DNA of 64,000 nt from Octopus bimaculoides (GCF_001194135.2 NC_068983.1:25237921-25301920), one strand, 5' to 3'; shown: positions 40,588-54,619, numbered from the stretch's first letter. A program made the numbers and translations. Notes: generated from the sequence alone by a model not told the origin.

Positions 40588-42614
40588 TATACACATTTCT
40601 ATACGGATCCGTGTGTAACTGTGCGTGTGTGTGTGTGTCTGTGTAAAACAATGAAAGAAATTGGGATAGAGAATATCCCTGTTCTAATTATGTCATAAGC
40701 GACTGTCACGTGGTTGTATGTTAAATCGTAATTCAGATCCAAACGTAAGATATCTATATTATTTTTATTGCATTACTTGATGTTGAGTACACAACTTCCT
40801 ATCATTTATAAACACTTTTACTTCCTCTGCCTCGCCCCATTATTCCACCTTTTGTTTTTCAATAGCGGCTTCTGTAAGAGAAACAAAAAAAAAATGTTTT
40901 AATGAACGCCACAATATGTTTTGGTAACTGGTAATTTAAGAACATTCATATATACATGTGTATTTCTGTATGTAGGTTTATATATACACACACTATGAAT
41001 TTACATTTATGTATATGCATATATATGCATATGTATAAATGTGTGTGTGTGTGTGTGAAGACTTGCATATATATATGCGTGTGTTGGTGGTAATTTTAAT
41101 GATGATTTATGAATATACACTTATATATATATATATATGTATTGGTGTGTGTGTGTGCTTGTTTGTGCGTATATGTGTGAGTGTACATTATGTAAGTATT
41201 AGAGTGTTTATGTAAGAGTCTGTGTACTATGCATGTATATGTGTCTGTGTGTTTGTATGACTATCTATAAAACATAGTCAGTTATGCAAATTGTTGATAC
41301 AATGCAGTCTGGCGGTACATAAAAAAGAATATAATTTGTATGAAATTACCATTTAGCTTTTTACCCCTATCAAAAAAGACAATTTCCTAATTAAAGCAAA
41401 TGCAGTGATTGAAAAAAATGTTGAAGAATTGAATCATGTCGATCTTAATGATTTCTTTTGAAGTAAACAGTTGGTTATTTTAAATTGATAATCAATGAGT
41501 ACACAATTTCTTTCTATCTTCGTTTTCAGACAAAATACATCAGAAAAATCGGAGTGTATTGTTGCAGTTTCTTCGATATTTTATCGCACAGTAATGCGAT
41601 TTGCATAAGAGATGTTTACAAATTCTAAATATTTTTTGACAGCCTAATGTATTTTCTTTAATTTATTAGTATTTCATATCGTATTATTATCAGTTTTCAA
41701 TGAATTAATCACAATGCCAAAGATTTTATGATGGCGAAGCGTGATTATCGGTGCAATTCGGGCGCAACGTATATATCAAAAAGACTAGCTCAGATATCAG
41801 ATATCACCGGTTTATCAGATTTATAACGGGTGTTTTTAATTTCATGTACTCACGCACACATGTATGTGTATATCTACCTATCTATCCGTGTGAATAAATA
41901 AATAAATAAATAAATATATATATATNNNNNNNNNNNNNNNNNNNNNNNNNNNNNNNNNNNNNNNNNNNNNNNNNNNNNNNNNNNNNNNNNNNNNNNNNNN
42001 NNNNNNNNNNNNNNNNNNNNNNNNNNNNNNNNNNNNNNNNNNNNNNNNNNNNNNNNNNNNNNNNNNNNNNNNNNNNNNNNNNNNNNNNNNNNNNNNNNNN
42101 NNNNNNNNNNNNNNNNNNNNNNNNNNNNNNNNNNNNNNNNNNNNNNNNNNNNNNNNNNNNNNNNNNNNNNNNNNNNNNNNNNNNNNNNNNNNNNNNNNNN
42201 NNNNNNNNNNNNNNNNNNNNNNNNNNNNNNNNNNNNNNNNNNNNNNNNNNNNNNNNNNNNNNNNNNNNNNNNNNNNNNNNNNNNNNNNNNNNNNNNNNNN
42301 NNNNNNNNNNNNNNNNNNNNNNNNNNNNNNNNNNNNNNNNNNNNNNNNNNNNNNNNNNNNNNNNNNNNNNNNNNNNNNNNNNNNNNNNNNNNNNNNNNNN
42401 NNNNNNNNNNNNNNNNNNNNNNNNNNNNNNNNNNNNNNNNNNNNNNNNNNNNNNNNNNNNNNNNNNNNNNNNNNNNNNNNNNNNNNNNNNNNNNNNNNNN
42501 NNNNNNNNNNNNNNNNNNNNNNNNNNNNNNNNNNNNNNNNNNNNNNNNNNNNNNNNNNNNNNNNNNNNNNNNNNNNNNNATATATATATATGTATAATAT
42601 AATATATATGAATC

Positions 42615-42732
42615 TAGGTCCAGTCCCACTGCGTGGGATCTTGGGCAAGTGTCTTCTACTATAGCCTAGGGCCGACTAAAGCTTTCTGAGTGGATTTGGA
42701 AGACTGAAACTGAACGAAGTTCGTCGTATTCA

Positions 42733-42772
<40 letters not shown>

Positions 42773-42890
42773 TATGTATGTATATGTCTGTTTTTGTCTC
42801 CAGTGTCAATGATGGGGTCGATTTGTTCGACTACAAGCGGTGCACCAGCATGACCGCAATGTAATGACTGAAACAAGGAAATATATAAAA
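42615..42890 (+). mobile_element. SINE family B (5' eroded, interrupted by CT/CA microsatellite)
   Basis: CAGTCCCACTGCGTGG..GGGCAAGTGTCTTCTACTATAGCC matches the reverse complement of 4036-4200. Confidence 0.8.
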
Positions 42891-43254
42891 GAATATATAT
42901 AAACATACATTTATATGTACATACACACTCGCAGACACATCTGCATAATTACATACCTAAATGCACAAATACATACATACATAAGCACGTACATCCATAC
43001 ATGGGTATATGCGTATATGCTGCATATACATATATACATATATGCATACATACATACATGTGCAAATATATATTAATACATACATACATACCTACATACA
43101 TACACACATATATAAAAACATAGAATGGACTAAGTGTTACTTTCTCAGATGCAGCACGAAATGTTGTCAGTAAACAGGGTGCGGTTTCAAAGCAACAAAA
43201 ATATGTTGGTACAGATAAAATTTAAATGTTTTAATGAAGCTGACGGTGAAATTG

Positions 43255-43341
<87 letters not shown>

Positions 43342-43770
43342 NNNNNNNNNNNNNNNNNNNNNNNNNNNNNNNNNNNNNNNNNNNNNNNNNNNNNNNNNNN
43401 NNNNNNNNNNNNNNNNNNNNNNNNNNNNNNNNNNNNNNNNNNNNNNNNNNNNNNNNNNNNNNNNNNNNNNNNNNNNNNNNNNNNNNNNNNNNNNNNNNCG
43501 ATCTAGCGTCAAGCAGTGCTTAGGCATAAATTAAATTTAGGTCAGTTAAAATATCTTTGTCACATATTTCAACTACTAATGGCAAATTCACTGCAGTTTC
43601 TCTAGTATGGTAAAAATGGAAAAATGGTAAAAATGTTGTAAAAACATCAGATTTATCTCGTGCTGTCACCTACCGGATATCCAGAGATCGATGTTTCTAG
43701 GCGTTATCAATCTAAAAACATATAGACCGAACCAGTTAATAATATATAATATATGTGTGTGTGTAACCAT

Positions 43771-43990
43771 ATATGACAATTATTCGGTAGCTATGATAAA
43801 ACTCCTAGTTTCGGATGCCGGAGTTATTAATGGCCAAATAACTGAAGAGATGGCGGCGTGGGTTTCCGCCCCGGCAACCGAAACTCGGAGTTTATCATGG
43901 CTACCGAATAATTGTGACATATTTTTACAGACAAATTCCTCTATTTACATAATATCGAAGTCTCGTTCTTTTGTTTTCTTATGTAAGTTG
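43771..43990. mobile_element. Mini PLE-like remnant with 44-bp inverted tails around an HHR-like core
   Basis: 43771-43814 is the reverse complement of 43878-43922. Core CTGAAGA (43842-43848) ... GAAACTCGGAGT (43880-43891). Confidence 0.5.
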
Positions 43991-44080
43991 GAGGTGGAAA
44001 TAGCAAAGAAGTAAGTCTAAGATATTTCGATTTAAGAAGGAATTTAATAAAACATGATTGAAAAAAATTATATAAAGAAA

Positions 44081-44123
44081 AATATTACCGGTTTCGATGA
44101 TGAATCTCATCTTCTCAAATATC
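44081..44123 (-). ncRNA. Minimal hammerhead ribozyme, U3:A8 core variant
   Basis: GAUAU-UUGAGAA-GAUGA(GAUUCA)UCAUC-GAAA-CCGG-UA/AUAUU: 5-bp stem I, perfect 5-bp stem II, palindromic ACCGGU stem III. Confidence 0.6.
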
Positions 44124-45078
44124 ACTAAAAAATTGAATAAAAATTTGATGTAAAAACAGTTTATCTTTTGTCTAGGGGGTCAAGATGGTGTCTGGAGATT
44201 TTTCGCTGAAGTCATTTTTAAGTATAGTTTGGTATAGAGTCCAAAGTGTTAGAGAGTAAGATAAGGTGCCTAGTTGTTCATGCTCTAAAAGAATACATTT
44301 TATGTTCCTGCCAAGGGAGTGGCTAAAAAGTATTCATTGAAGGGATTTTACGCCCACCTGTGTTTGTGTGTGTGTATTGTGTTGGATGTTCTTTCAATAT
44401 GTTTAGAATATGTATAGCTGTGTATTGATGGTGTGTTTGTTGTGATGAATGTCTTGTTGAAGAAAGAATTAAAATTTTCTCTTGGATTACATGTATTCTT
44501 TAGAATGTCTCCACCTGTGTGTATGTGTGTGTGTGAGTGTATTTTTGGCGATGTTTTCTTTGTGTGTATGTGTGTGTGTGCTTTTGATTTTTTGGTATGT
44601 GTGTATGTGAGTGCCTGTGTGTGTGTGTTTATGTGTGTGTGTCTTTTTTTGCGATGCCAACATAATTACATAGGTCAGCCGGGCGGATCGTTATGCAACA
44701 GAATGACGCCAACAGATCCGAGACAAAAACACATTGCAACCTTTGCAAGAATGGTCTTATCAAGTTTCAAAATATTTTCTCTCTACAAGTGCTCAGATTC
44801 TTTCAACCAACAACAAGCACTAAATAAAGAAAGGCAATTTATTAACGAGTATATGCCACAATTAAATATAGACCAAACCAATACTAACCAATAAATAAGA
44901 ACAGATACTTAAAAACAATTTTATTATTGTTATCGTTTTAAAAAATACTTCCGATCACTTTCTAAATATGATTCCAATATATATATATATATATAATCCT
45001 ACACTCACACAGGCGCACGTGCGAACACACACACACAAACATAATACACACATATATAAAAAAAAAACGTCATAAACG

Positions 45079-45116
<38 letters not shown>

Positions 45117-45761
45117 TACAAAAGAAAATATCAAAAACACACACACACACAGACACAACTCTGTACACACGCACAAACAAAGAGAAACACACACATACAC
45201 ACAAAAGAAAACATCACAAAATCACACTCACACACAGGCACAAACACACCCGCACACAGAGGAACACACACTCAGGAACACACACACAGGAACACACACA
45301 CAGCAACACACACATACGTACAGGTGGAGACACTCAAAAGAATACATCTAACCCAACAGAAAATCCTAATTCTTTCTTCAACAAGAAATTCGTCACACCA
45401 TACACACCCATCAACACACAGCTAGTCACCTTCCACACATATTGAAAGGACATTCAGAACAATACACTCACATACACAAACACGCACACACACACACACA
45501 CACAAACACACAAACACACACACACATTCAGACACAAGTGGACATAAAACCCATTCAGTAAATACTTTTTAGCCCCCACCACCTTAGCAGGAACATAGTG
45601 AGATTCCTTTTAGACAATATACACCTACACCCCTCTCTTACTCTCTAACTCTTTGAACTCTATAACAAACTATATTTAAAGGAAGAAATATCTCCAGACA
45701 TGTTCTTGACCCCAGGCACAAGATAAACTGTTTTTACTTCAAATTTTTATAAAATTTAACA

Positions 45762-45804
45762 GATATTTGATAGGATGATATTCATCATCGAAACCGGTAA
45801 TATT
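45762..45804 (+). ncRNA. Second copy of the U3:A8 hammerhead (A9 to G, probably inactive)
   Basis: GAUAU-UUGAUAG-GAUGA(UAUUCA)UCAUC-GAAA-CCGG-UA/AUAUU. Confidence 0.5.
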
Positions 45805-45945
45805 TTCTTTGTATAGATTTATTTTCAGTCATTTTAATTAAATTCCTTCTTAAATTGAAATATCTTAAACTTACTTCTGTGCTATTTCCGTCTCCATCTT
45901 TTATATATAAAAATTTTATTTGTATAGATCTCTAATCTTTTTCAA

Positions 45946-45993
<48 letters not shown>

Positions 45994-47461
45994 AACATAC
46001 ATACATGCATACATATACATATACATAAATATATACATACTAACATTCACACATACATACGTACCTGAAAGGATTGTAGAGTTTCCACCTACTAAATCCC
46101 ATTCAGACGTGACAAGTCACCCTTTGTGAGTTTGGACATAGTGGCATGCGATAATATCGAATCAACATCTACTTAGTTAAGAACCTATAATTATTAATCG
46201 CACAGCCATGTCCATCTAAACTTTAGTTCAAACCCTATAGCTCGGACATATTTCGTCTTTTAAAAACGGTACTGTACGACTCGTCCACGTCAGTTATACG
46301 GGCTTATATTGTGGCAATGAAGTTTTGCAAAGTATATGAAAATTATTTTTTTGAATTGTCAGTGAGCTCTAATATATTTGATATATTACAATTATAAAGT
46401 GAAAGCGATGCAGAATCGTGATTTTAACTGAGCGCAAAATAAGATAAACTGTTTCAACAGTATATTGTTACATAATTAATTTTATTTTGTTATAGTAGTA
46501 TCCGGGAAGTTGACTGGAGTGAATGTTAAATGCAAACATGGTACCTAATGGATTCCGGTGTATGCCATTAGAACCCGTAACACATTAATTTTGAAGAAAT
46601 ATTTGCATCGTAAGTGGATTGAAATAGCTTTTATCAGGAATTGAATCTTCGCAGTTAACTACGTTCACTGTGAAATTATTAAATTACTTGAGTAATAAGA
46701 AAAAATAGGGATTTAAAGAATGTTAAAACAATTACGTTTTTCTACCTACGATATAAATTCGCCGAAGGGCATGAGTTCAGTTATATGCTTGCCTCATGAT
46801 ACTTCAACATAACCATTTATATCTTTTATTTAGTCTTATATCTTTTACTATAGTTTTCTTACCGATAAATAACCTCTTCTAATGTTCTACTTACAAGATC
46901 AAGTTCAAACGTTAATGCCATTCTTAAAATTCAATTATGTTTGAATAGCATGGAGGGATGTGAATATTCAAGTATCAGGTATCTATCTTAAGAGAAAAAG
47001 AAAATGAGGTGTATGGTGACAATTCTCTGCAGTTTAAAATTTGAAACGTTCGAGAAGAATTAAATAAATTTGCAGAAGATACGTTTTTATATCTGGTGGC
47101 GTTCCTTTTGATCCACTAGCAACACCTGCCGAATATCTCAATATTATTCAATGAATTATCTCTGCCCGGTTGTGATTTTATTATTATCAGGGCAATATGA
47201 GACTTTTCATCTTTTCTTTTTTATTTGATGGCAGAAACCGCATGCGATAATTGAAACAATAGTAATAGATTTCTAAAATGTCTTCCAAATGCATACTTTC
47301 CCATATAATACACAAACAGTCATATATGAATAACTACAAATTATTTAATTCAGCCAAATGTGATTACTTTGAAGTGTTCAGAGATTTGGGAATAGATTTG
47401 CAAAATTTGATGTTTTTAGATATCTATTCATTTCCAATTTGAAAGGATTTCTCCTTAAGAG

Positions 47462-48081
47462 AAAGCGGTGAAGAACTGTTAGAGCATCGGAAAAAATCAT
47501 TTGCAGTATTTCTGCCGATTCATAATGTTGTATTTTTAAATTTCAGCTTTTTTTAAAATTTCATTCTTGTGTCACCAATAAAGTAAGTACCATTTCAATA
47601 CTGGGTTAATCACAATCAACTTACCACTCCCATAAATTGCTAGCATCGTGCAAAAATTTACAAGATTTATTAGACTGGCAGAAATGTCACAACATCTGTT
47701 CTAGTTCATCGATAGCTGTGCTCAACGAGTATTTATTTCAGCAACACCGAAAGTTTGAAAGCTGCGTCAACCTCGGCGGAATTTGAACTTGGAATGTAAA
47801 ACACGAAGACGGGACGCTATGCCTCTTTTCTGATAAGCCAAACATTCTGTTAGCTCACTGCCTCAATAATGATAATGATGTCAATTTCTGGCAGAAGGCC
47901 AGCAATTTCGAGGGAAGAGTAACTCGATTCCATTGATCTCAGTACTCAACTGATCTATCAACCCCGAAATAATGAAAGACAAAGTCGACCCCGGCAACGA
48001 TTGAATTCAGAATGAAAAGACGGACGATATACCGCTAAGCATTGTGCCGGGGTGCTAACGATTCAGCCAGTTCCCCGCCTT
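47462..48081. mobile_element. Cluster of three SINE-A copies (~47462-47660 +, ~47700-47865 -, ~47885-48081 -)
   Basis: Each shows the diagnostic core or head (e.g. AAAGTCGACCCCGGCAACGATTGAATTCAGAATG...CCGCTAAGCAT). Confidence 0.75.
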
Positions 48082-48082
48082 C

Positions 48083-48122
<40 letters not shown>

Positions 48123-49381
48123 AAAATAATAATAACAGTAATAATAATAATTGAATATTATAATTCATCCTTCATATAAGTTAGAGAACTCAATTATCAA
48201 TAATATATTCACTTTTCGTATTCAAATGATTTGATTACACTTCGTCTTCGTGGCTCATTTATGGACACTAGTATATGTAGAACCATAAATAAATAGACAG
48301 AAATTCTTGTATCGATTCAATTGACTATACTCTTCCCTTATAATTTGCTGACTTGGTGCCGATGTAAGATATTTTTATTGTTATTTCTGTGTCAAAACGA
48401 AAATCATTTTGATTGTACTTAATCATATTTTACAATCGAATGTGAAGCTGTAAGATGCAGAAATGTACGTGAACTTTTAAACTATGAATTATAAGATGGA
48501 ACACGCATAGTATTATGCTTCTGGTTACTGCCACTGTTGCGAATCAATTGTAGCTTCATGTTCCCATTTTATTCTTACGATCTAGATGATATCTTTACGA
48601 CCATCCATTAGTTTCATAAAATTCTATGGTATATGACCGAAATACGTGATCTTTTGTAAAAGAAAGAAATATGAATTTGGCGTGTACGACTCTAGACCTC
48701 GATACCATATAATTTCTGGTAAAATGTATGTTTCTTTCATCTCAAACTGCCAAAGTAGCGCATTTTATTCGATTATTAAGCTTTATATCACTGATTTTCA
48801 TTTCTTTGGTAACCTTTTTATCACCATCAATTTTCAGACAATTGAACTCGTAAGAGAAATGTTGCCTTCTACCTTTCAGTATAGATGTTTATTAGTTTCA
48901 ACCAATCTGAACTTGCTACTTCCAGGTGGCTCACTATAACAGCGAGCTGAGAAAGCAGAACGGTTTCGATTTCTTATTTGAAGTGGTTCTTTTAAAATAT
49001 TTCCAATAGTTTCTTACTTCCTTTCTTTCACAATATCCGAGTGCGCAGAAAATCAGATATGGTCTTTTTCCCAGGCCACAGCGCTCACATACAGGGCCAG
49101 AAATGCTAAATAATGACGATAATTTTGATGATGAAACATATTTCCTTTTCTAAATGCTATATAGTTGAAGAGTACTTACTGAGTACGAGAGGGATCTATT
49201 TATGCTAAGAGATTATATTCAGTTTTTAATACTTCCTTTTGAAAGATCACAGATGGAGAGTAGAGAATAACTATTGATGCGATACGAGCAATGTTGAAAT
49301 AACTTAAGCAACTGAGAAACAGATATTGGCTGAGCCAATGTTATATACGCAGACACAACTCCTGAGTTGCCGTCTAAATAA

Positions 49382-49595
49382 TCCTTTCTACTGTAGGCAC
49401 AAGGCCTGAAATGTGGTGGAAGAGACCAATCGATTACATCGACTCCATTGTTTCACTGGTACTTAATTTATCGACCTCGAAAGGATGAAATGCAAAGTCG
49501 ACCACGGCGGAATTTGAACTTAGAACATAGTGACGGACGAAATGCTGTTAAGCATTTCGTCCAACGTGCTAATAATTGTGCCAGCTCACCGCCTC
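49382..49595 (-). mobile_element. Full-length SINE-A with 14-bp TSD
   Basis: TGCCGTCTAAATAA at 49368-49381 and 49596-49609. Confidence 0.92.
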
Positions 49596-50204
49596 TGCCG
49601 TCTAAATAACGCATATCTGCTGACTTAGCAATTGGATATGAACATGCAGGAAAATCCATATGGTTTTGACCAGATAATATTCAAATAATCATTAAGTGCA
49701 ATCGAAAAAATCTAATATTCAAATCACCACCTGTTGCTTCCATATTATTATTCTGGCACGGAAAAATCTCCAATCAGTTTTCTATGTATAACTTTCAAAC
49801 TGTACCTCTCGGTCAGATGTTTCTTAATTTCATGCGATTTTCTCGGGGAAATGCGTGATAGTTACACCATATAGATGCAAATGATCACCTTCATAAGTGA
49901 GACATGAGAGACAGCTCACTTAGAATTTCCTTATTTTGCTCTGAAAAGTTTATTTTTTTCTAATGAGCTTACATGGACTACCACTAGCTTCTTTGTGTTT
50001 AAGCGTTTAATTCTGAAATTTAAAGGGATTTATTTATTCTATTTCGTCGATTATATAAACAGAGATTTACTCATATTATAACTTTTGTCTCGGAAAATAA
50101 ATGATCACTGTCTAAAATGATGCTTTAACTTGTTTCACCCAGTGGTGTCGTAGTTATACTGGGTCATACACAATAACATTTTAATATTTGCGCATATTTT
50201 ACAT

Positions 50205-50560
50205 TGTGAGTTCAAATTACATCAGGATTGACTTAGCCTTTCATTCTTTCGGCATCGATTGAATATGTACCAGTTGATCACTGGGGTCGATGTAATCAAA
50301 TTACCACCTTCTCCGAAATTTCTGGTCTTGTGCCAAAATAAGAAGCAAATATTTCTACATACAAAGGTAGCGAGCTGGCAGAATCGCTATCGCCGAGAAA
50401 AATATGTAATGGTAATTTGTCCGTCTTTACGCTCTGAGCTCAAGTCCGCTGAAGACGACTTTGCCTTTCTTTTGAGACCAATAAAATAAGAGCCAGTTGA
50501 GCACTGTGGTAGACCCACCGAAATTCCTGCCCTTGTGCCAACGTGTGGAAAACATTATTT
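50205..50560 (+). mobile_element. Two tandem SINE-A copies (~50205-50345 partial, ~50368-50560)
   Basis: GAGTTCAAAT, TTTCATTCTTTCGG..TCGAT core; second copy has GGTAGCGAGCTGGCAGAATC head. Confidence 0.75.
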
Positions 50561-51273
50561 CTGCATACTAAGTCAGTGAGATGGCAGAATCGTACGAAAA
50601 GCGCACCAAAATCACTGGTCTTGTATGCTAAAATATGAAACCAATAGTTTTGCTCAATGGGTTGAAGTCTGGTTAATGTTTCTTCGACGACAATGAGATG
50701 TTAGCAAAAATACATGGCGAAACATCTATCAGCACTATCTCATTCTTTTAAAAATTATCTAAAGAAATAAAAGTGGTGATTTCCAGTTAAATAGTACAAA
50801 TTATTTACTGCTCGATTGTAACAGTTTCGAGAGCTAAGAAGTTTTCTAATTTTTATAGTATAATCTGTCTTCAGAAGATATAAATCTTTAAGTGTTAATT
50901 TCATTTTCGGGTAAATTTTGTGAGGTCAACTAAAAGTTCACAATTTTGTCGGNNNNNNNNNNNNNNNNNNNNNNNNNNNNNNNNNNNNNNNNNNNNNNNN
51001 NNNNNNNNNNNNNNNNNNNNNNNNNNNNNNNNNNNNNNNNNNNNNNNNNNNNNNNNNNNNNNNNNNNNNNNNNNNNNNNNNNNNNNNNNNNNNNNNNNNN
51101 NNNNNNNNNNNNNNNNNNNNNNNNNNNNNNNNNNNNNNNNNNNNNNNNNNNNNNNNNNNNNNNNNNNNNNNNNNNNNNNNNNNNNNNNNNNNNNNNNNNN
51201 NNNNNNNNNNNNNNNNNNNNNNNNNNNNNNNNNNNNNNNNNNNNNNNNNNNNNNNNNNNNNNNNNNNNNNNNN

Positions 51274-51325
<52 letters not shown>

Positions 51326-53013
51326 GCATATATATGTATATATATATGCATATATATGTACATACATACATATATATACATATACATACATACATACACA
51401 GACAGACTGACAGACATACAGACACACAAACACAAACACACACACACTCACACACACATACACACACACACATATATATATATATGACTGGTAATATGTC
51501 CTCCTGATCAAAGTCTGGTTAGGAAAATGATTTCCTTGGAAAGTAAAGTAGTTTAAAACGCAGAAGCCAAATTGCTTTCTGTAATACAGCTGTAACGTTA
51601 ATACTACAATGAATAGTATTCAGATATATAGAAAACAATCCGTATGCAAACCATTAATCAAATGATGAACATAGAAAATATATTTTAAAATAATGATCAA
51701 TAATATCCTTCTAGAACAAGAGTCATAAAGATTTATGTGGAGTGTTAATTCCTGTTTTCCGCTTTGTTTGCTGAGGGGATAACGAAATGTTTGACACCGT
51801 GAGAGAATTGCTATCACTGGAAAACTCACAACAGTTAATTCCTAATTTTGTAATAATGATATTGATACCTTGGTAGACTATACCACCCAGTGGTGTCTAC
51901 TCTTCTCTTGGCACGTTATTATTTTCATTATATGACTTGGGTACAGACACAACTAAACTTTCGGAAGATGTGAATCTCTACTAGGTTTCCCGTTGCTTGT
52001 CGACTTGGTGATTCTTTTTGTCGATATATACATCATTATGAAACCATCAAGTTCAGTTTTCCTTACGTTATCTCTTGGCAAATGCAGGATTGTTCTACTC
52101 TCTGTAATTAGAGGTTCGTTTCTATTTTTTCTTTCAAATGTTTAGCTATCATTTTCCTTATAATAAATGTGGTTGCAACCCCCAAATATTAAATCTTACA
52201 TCACTGTAGTCGGAGGGCCTTGTGCTCTCCTCTTTTAGATTACAATTTCACAACTACGATACAATTAAATTTAGAAATTTATTACTGTTAGAATTTATTA
52301 CTGCAAAATTATGTATACTTTAATATATTCCACGAAACCATTTCCAGAACTAACGAGTAGTTCTATTTTCATTTTTGCTTTCACTTTAAATATACGCACT
52401 TCTATATAGGCGTAAATAATCAGAAAAAGATAAATATCGCTTTGATGAAATTCAGTTTCTTGTTAGTGTTTCGGATTTTCAATTATAATCACTTTCAAAT
52501 CAAATTGCGGCAAGCTGTACTTGTTGAAATCGTTTATTTTAAATGCTATAGTGATAAAATACAGCATTTATGTAATACTTAAAATAAAATTTGATTGGTT
52601 ATTCAGTAAAGCACCTGCACCACTATGTCAATGTGCTAAAAGTAAAATAGATGCACAGAATCTTATATATGTGATCTTTATTTTTTTTGTTCTATGCTGG
52701 AAAAGGCGCAGTATTATATTTGACGATGAGCTTTTCTATTTTTTATGTGCCTCAATCATGATGATATGTGTAGCTCCCACATAATGATTTGCACAAAACA
52801 GTTCGTTAATTCTATTTCAAATATATGTAGCAGTTATTGCAAATGGAAAGCGATACACGTCTCAATTGCCGTAAAAACCTATATGTCGATGGGAAAACAA
52901 CTATGCGTAAGACAAATCTCTTAGGGGAACTTAATGCTATAATCAAACAATCGGATAAGTTACCGACACGTGAAAAAATGAAAGGTAAAATTTCGTTTGC
53001 GTAATATTCTACT

Positions 53014-53340
53014 GTGAAGGCGCGTGGCTTAGTGGTTAGCGCATTCGGCTCGCGATTGTAAGGTCGGGAATTCAATTCCAGGCGACGCGTTATGTCTTTG
53101 AGCAAGACACTTTGTTTCACGTTGCTCCAGTCCACTCAGCTGGCAAAAATGAGTTGTACCCGTATTTCAAAGGGCCGGCCTTGTCACACTCTGTGTCACG
53201 CTGAATCTCACCGAGAACTACGTTAGGGGTACACGTGTCTGTGGATTGCTCAGTCACTTGCACGTTAATTTCACGAGTAGGCTGTTCTGTTGATCGTATC
53301 AGCTGGGACTCTCGTCGTCGTAACCGACGGAGTGCTCCCT
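53014..53340 (+). mobile_element. SINE family C, body type 2, with 12-bp TSD
   Basis: A box TGGCTTAGTGG; CORE-like TGTCTTTGAGCAAGACACTTTG..TTGCTCCAGTCCACTCAGCTG; tail shared with 57781. TSD TAATATTCTACT at 53002-53013 and 53341-53352. Confidence 0.9.
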
Positions 53341-54410
53341 TAATATTCTACTACGTATACTGAAAATATTACATATATTACTCACATATATGCATTAATA
53401 TATATATATCCATACAAAAAAAAAAAAAATCCATGTAAATGTGTTACGGCACAGATTGTGGCTTTCAATAATGTTTCAGCTGTCATTCACTGGAATAAGC
53501 AGAGTAAATCTAGACATGATAGTATCAAATCTTCTGAGTCCCAATAGAAAGATATCCCTGCGGTGAAAATAATCTAATCTATTATGTACAGAATATAATG
53601 CAATTAAGGTATTCAGAAAGCATTGATTAGCGAGTAAATTAAAGTTTATAAATATTATTTGGACATACATTTAATGTCCTAAGTTACATGTAAATGGAAA
53701 ATATTAATCGATGTTAAAGTAGTCTCTGTAGTAATTCTGTTATAGATTGAAATCAGAATGTCATAGATTCAGCGGAAACAATGAAATTGTGAATAATAAA
53801 CATCAAATTTAATGCTGTTTGACGCTAATATGGAAGTTGAACAAACACACTGAATAGTAACATCAGTTTCTCTGATATTTTTTTTCTCCCAAAGCATTAA
53901 ATTGAATTTGAACAGTTCTTCGACATATTTTTGGTTATTCATTTATATCTTTGTTCTCTATTGTTTTTGATTGACATGCAAATCTGGATGCATTTATTTA
54001 CCACGGTGAGGCAGGCGAAGCCGGTAGTGGCATTCGCAATTTATTATATCAATTTCAATCTACAAGCTCATAAAGAACTCGCAAGTGTGTCGATCAGTTG
54101 AGGCATTGCGATAAATGTCAGAGACAGTTTCAATTTTAATTGCTTCTCTCCGGTCAAAACACACTTATCTTCCGTCTCTCTAAACAATCTAATTATTTGT
54201 TAAACTGCCATGATACTGCTGCTGTTATAGAAATAATGGCACTAAACAGGACCCTGAATAACAGTTGTTTCCGCTGTTGTTTCTATAACTAAACCTTAAA
54301 AGTGCAAGAAAATATCTAAGACTTACAGACATGGGGTAACCATGTAGTATTCAACAAGGTCAAAAAGTAGTAGTAGTAGTAGTAGCAGTAGTAGTAGTAG
54401 TAGTCGTAGT

Positions 54411-54617
54411 TATCCTTTCTAGTAAATGCACAAGGCCTGAAATTTGGTGGAAGGAGAACAACACGATAACATCGACATCAGTGTACTTAATTTATCGACG
54501 CTGAAAGGATGAAAGGCAAAGTCGACCTCAGCGGAATTTGGACTCAGAACGAAGCGACTGTTGAAATGCCGCTAAGCATTTCGGCAAGCGCGCTAATAAT
54601 TCTGCCACATCACCGCC

Positions 54618-54619
<2 letters not shown>
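54411..54619 (-). mobile_element. SINE family A
   Basis: Full match; flanked by (GTA)n and (TAA)n. Confidence 0.88.

Larger units (their letters stand above)
43985..45900 (+). mobile_element. Penelope-like element: inverted tail (43985-~44650), GIY-YIG C-terminal remnant (~44652-44880), tail (~45060-45900)
   Basis: CQHNYIGQPGGSLCNRMT...FKIFSLYKC...ERQFINEYMPQLN matches PLE GIY-YIG (YIGxT...E..FI..Y.P.LN). The flanks are long imperfect inverted repeats. Confidence 0.8.

Noticed and set aside
51850-52130. Candidate small host exon on the minus strand (TTACAG...GTAAG)
   Set aside because: Splice-like words are common in AT-rich DNA; no protein similarity and no transcript data.
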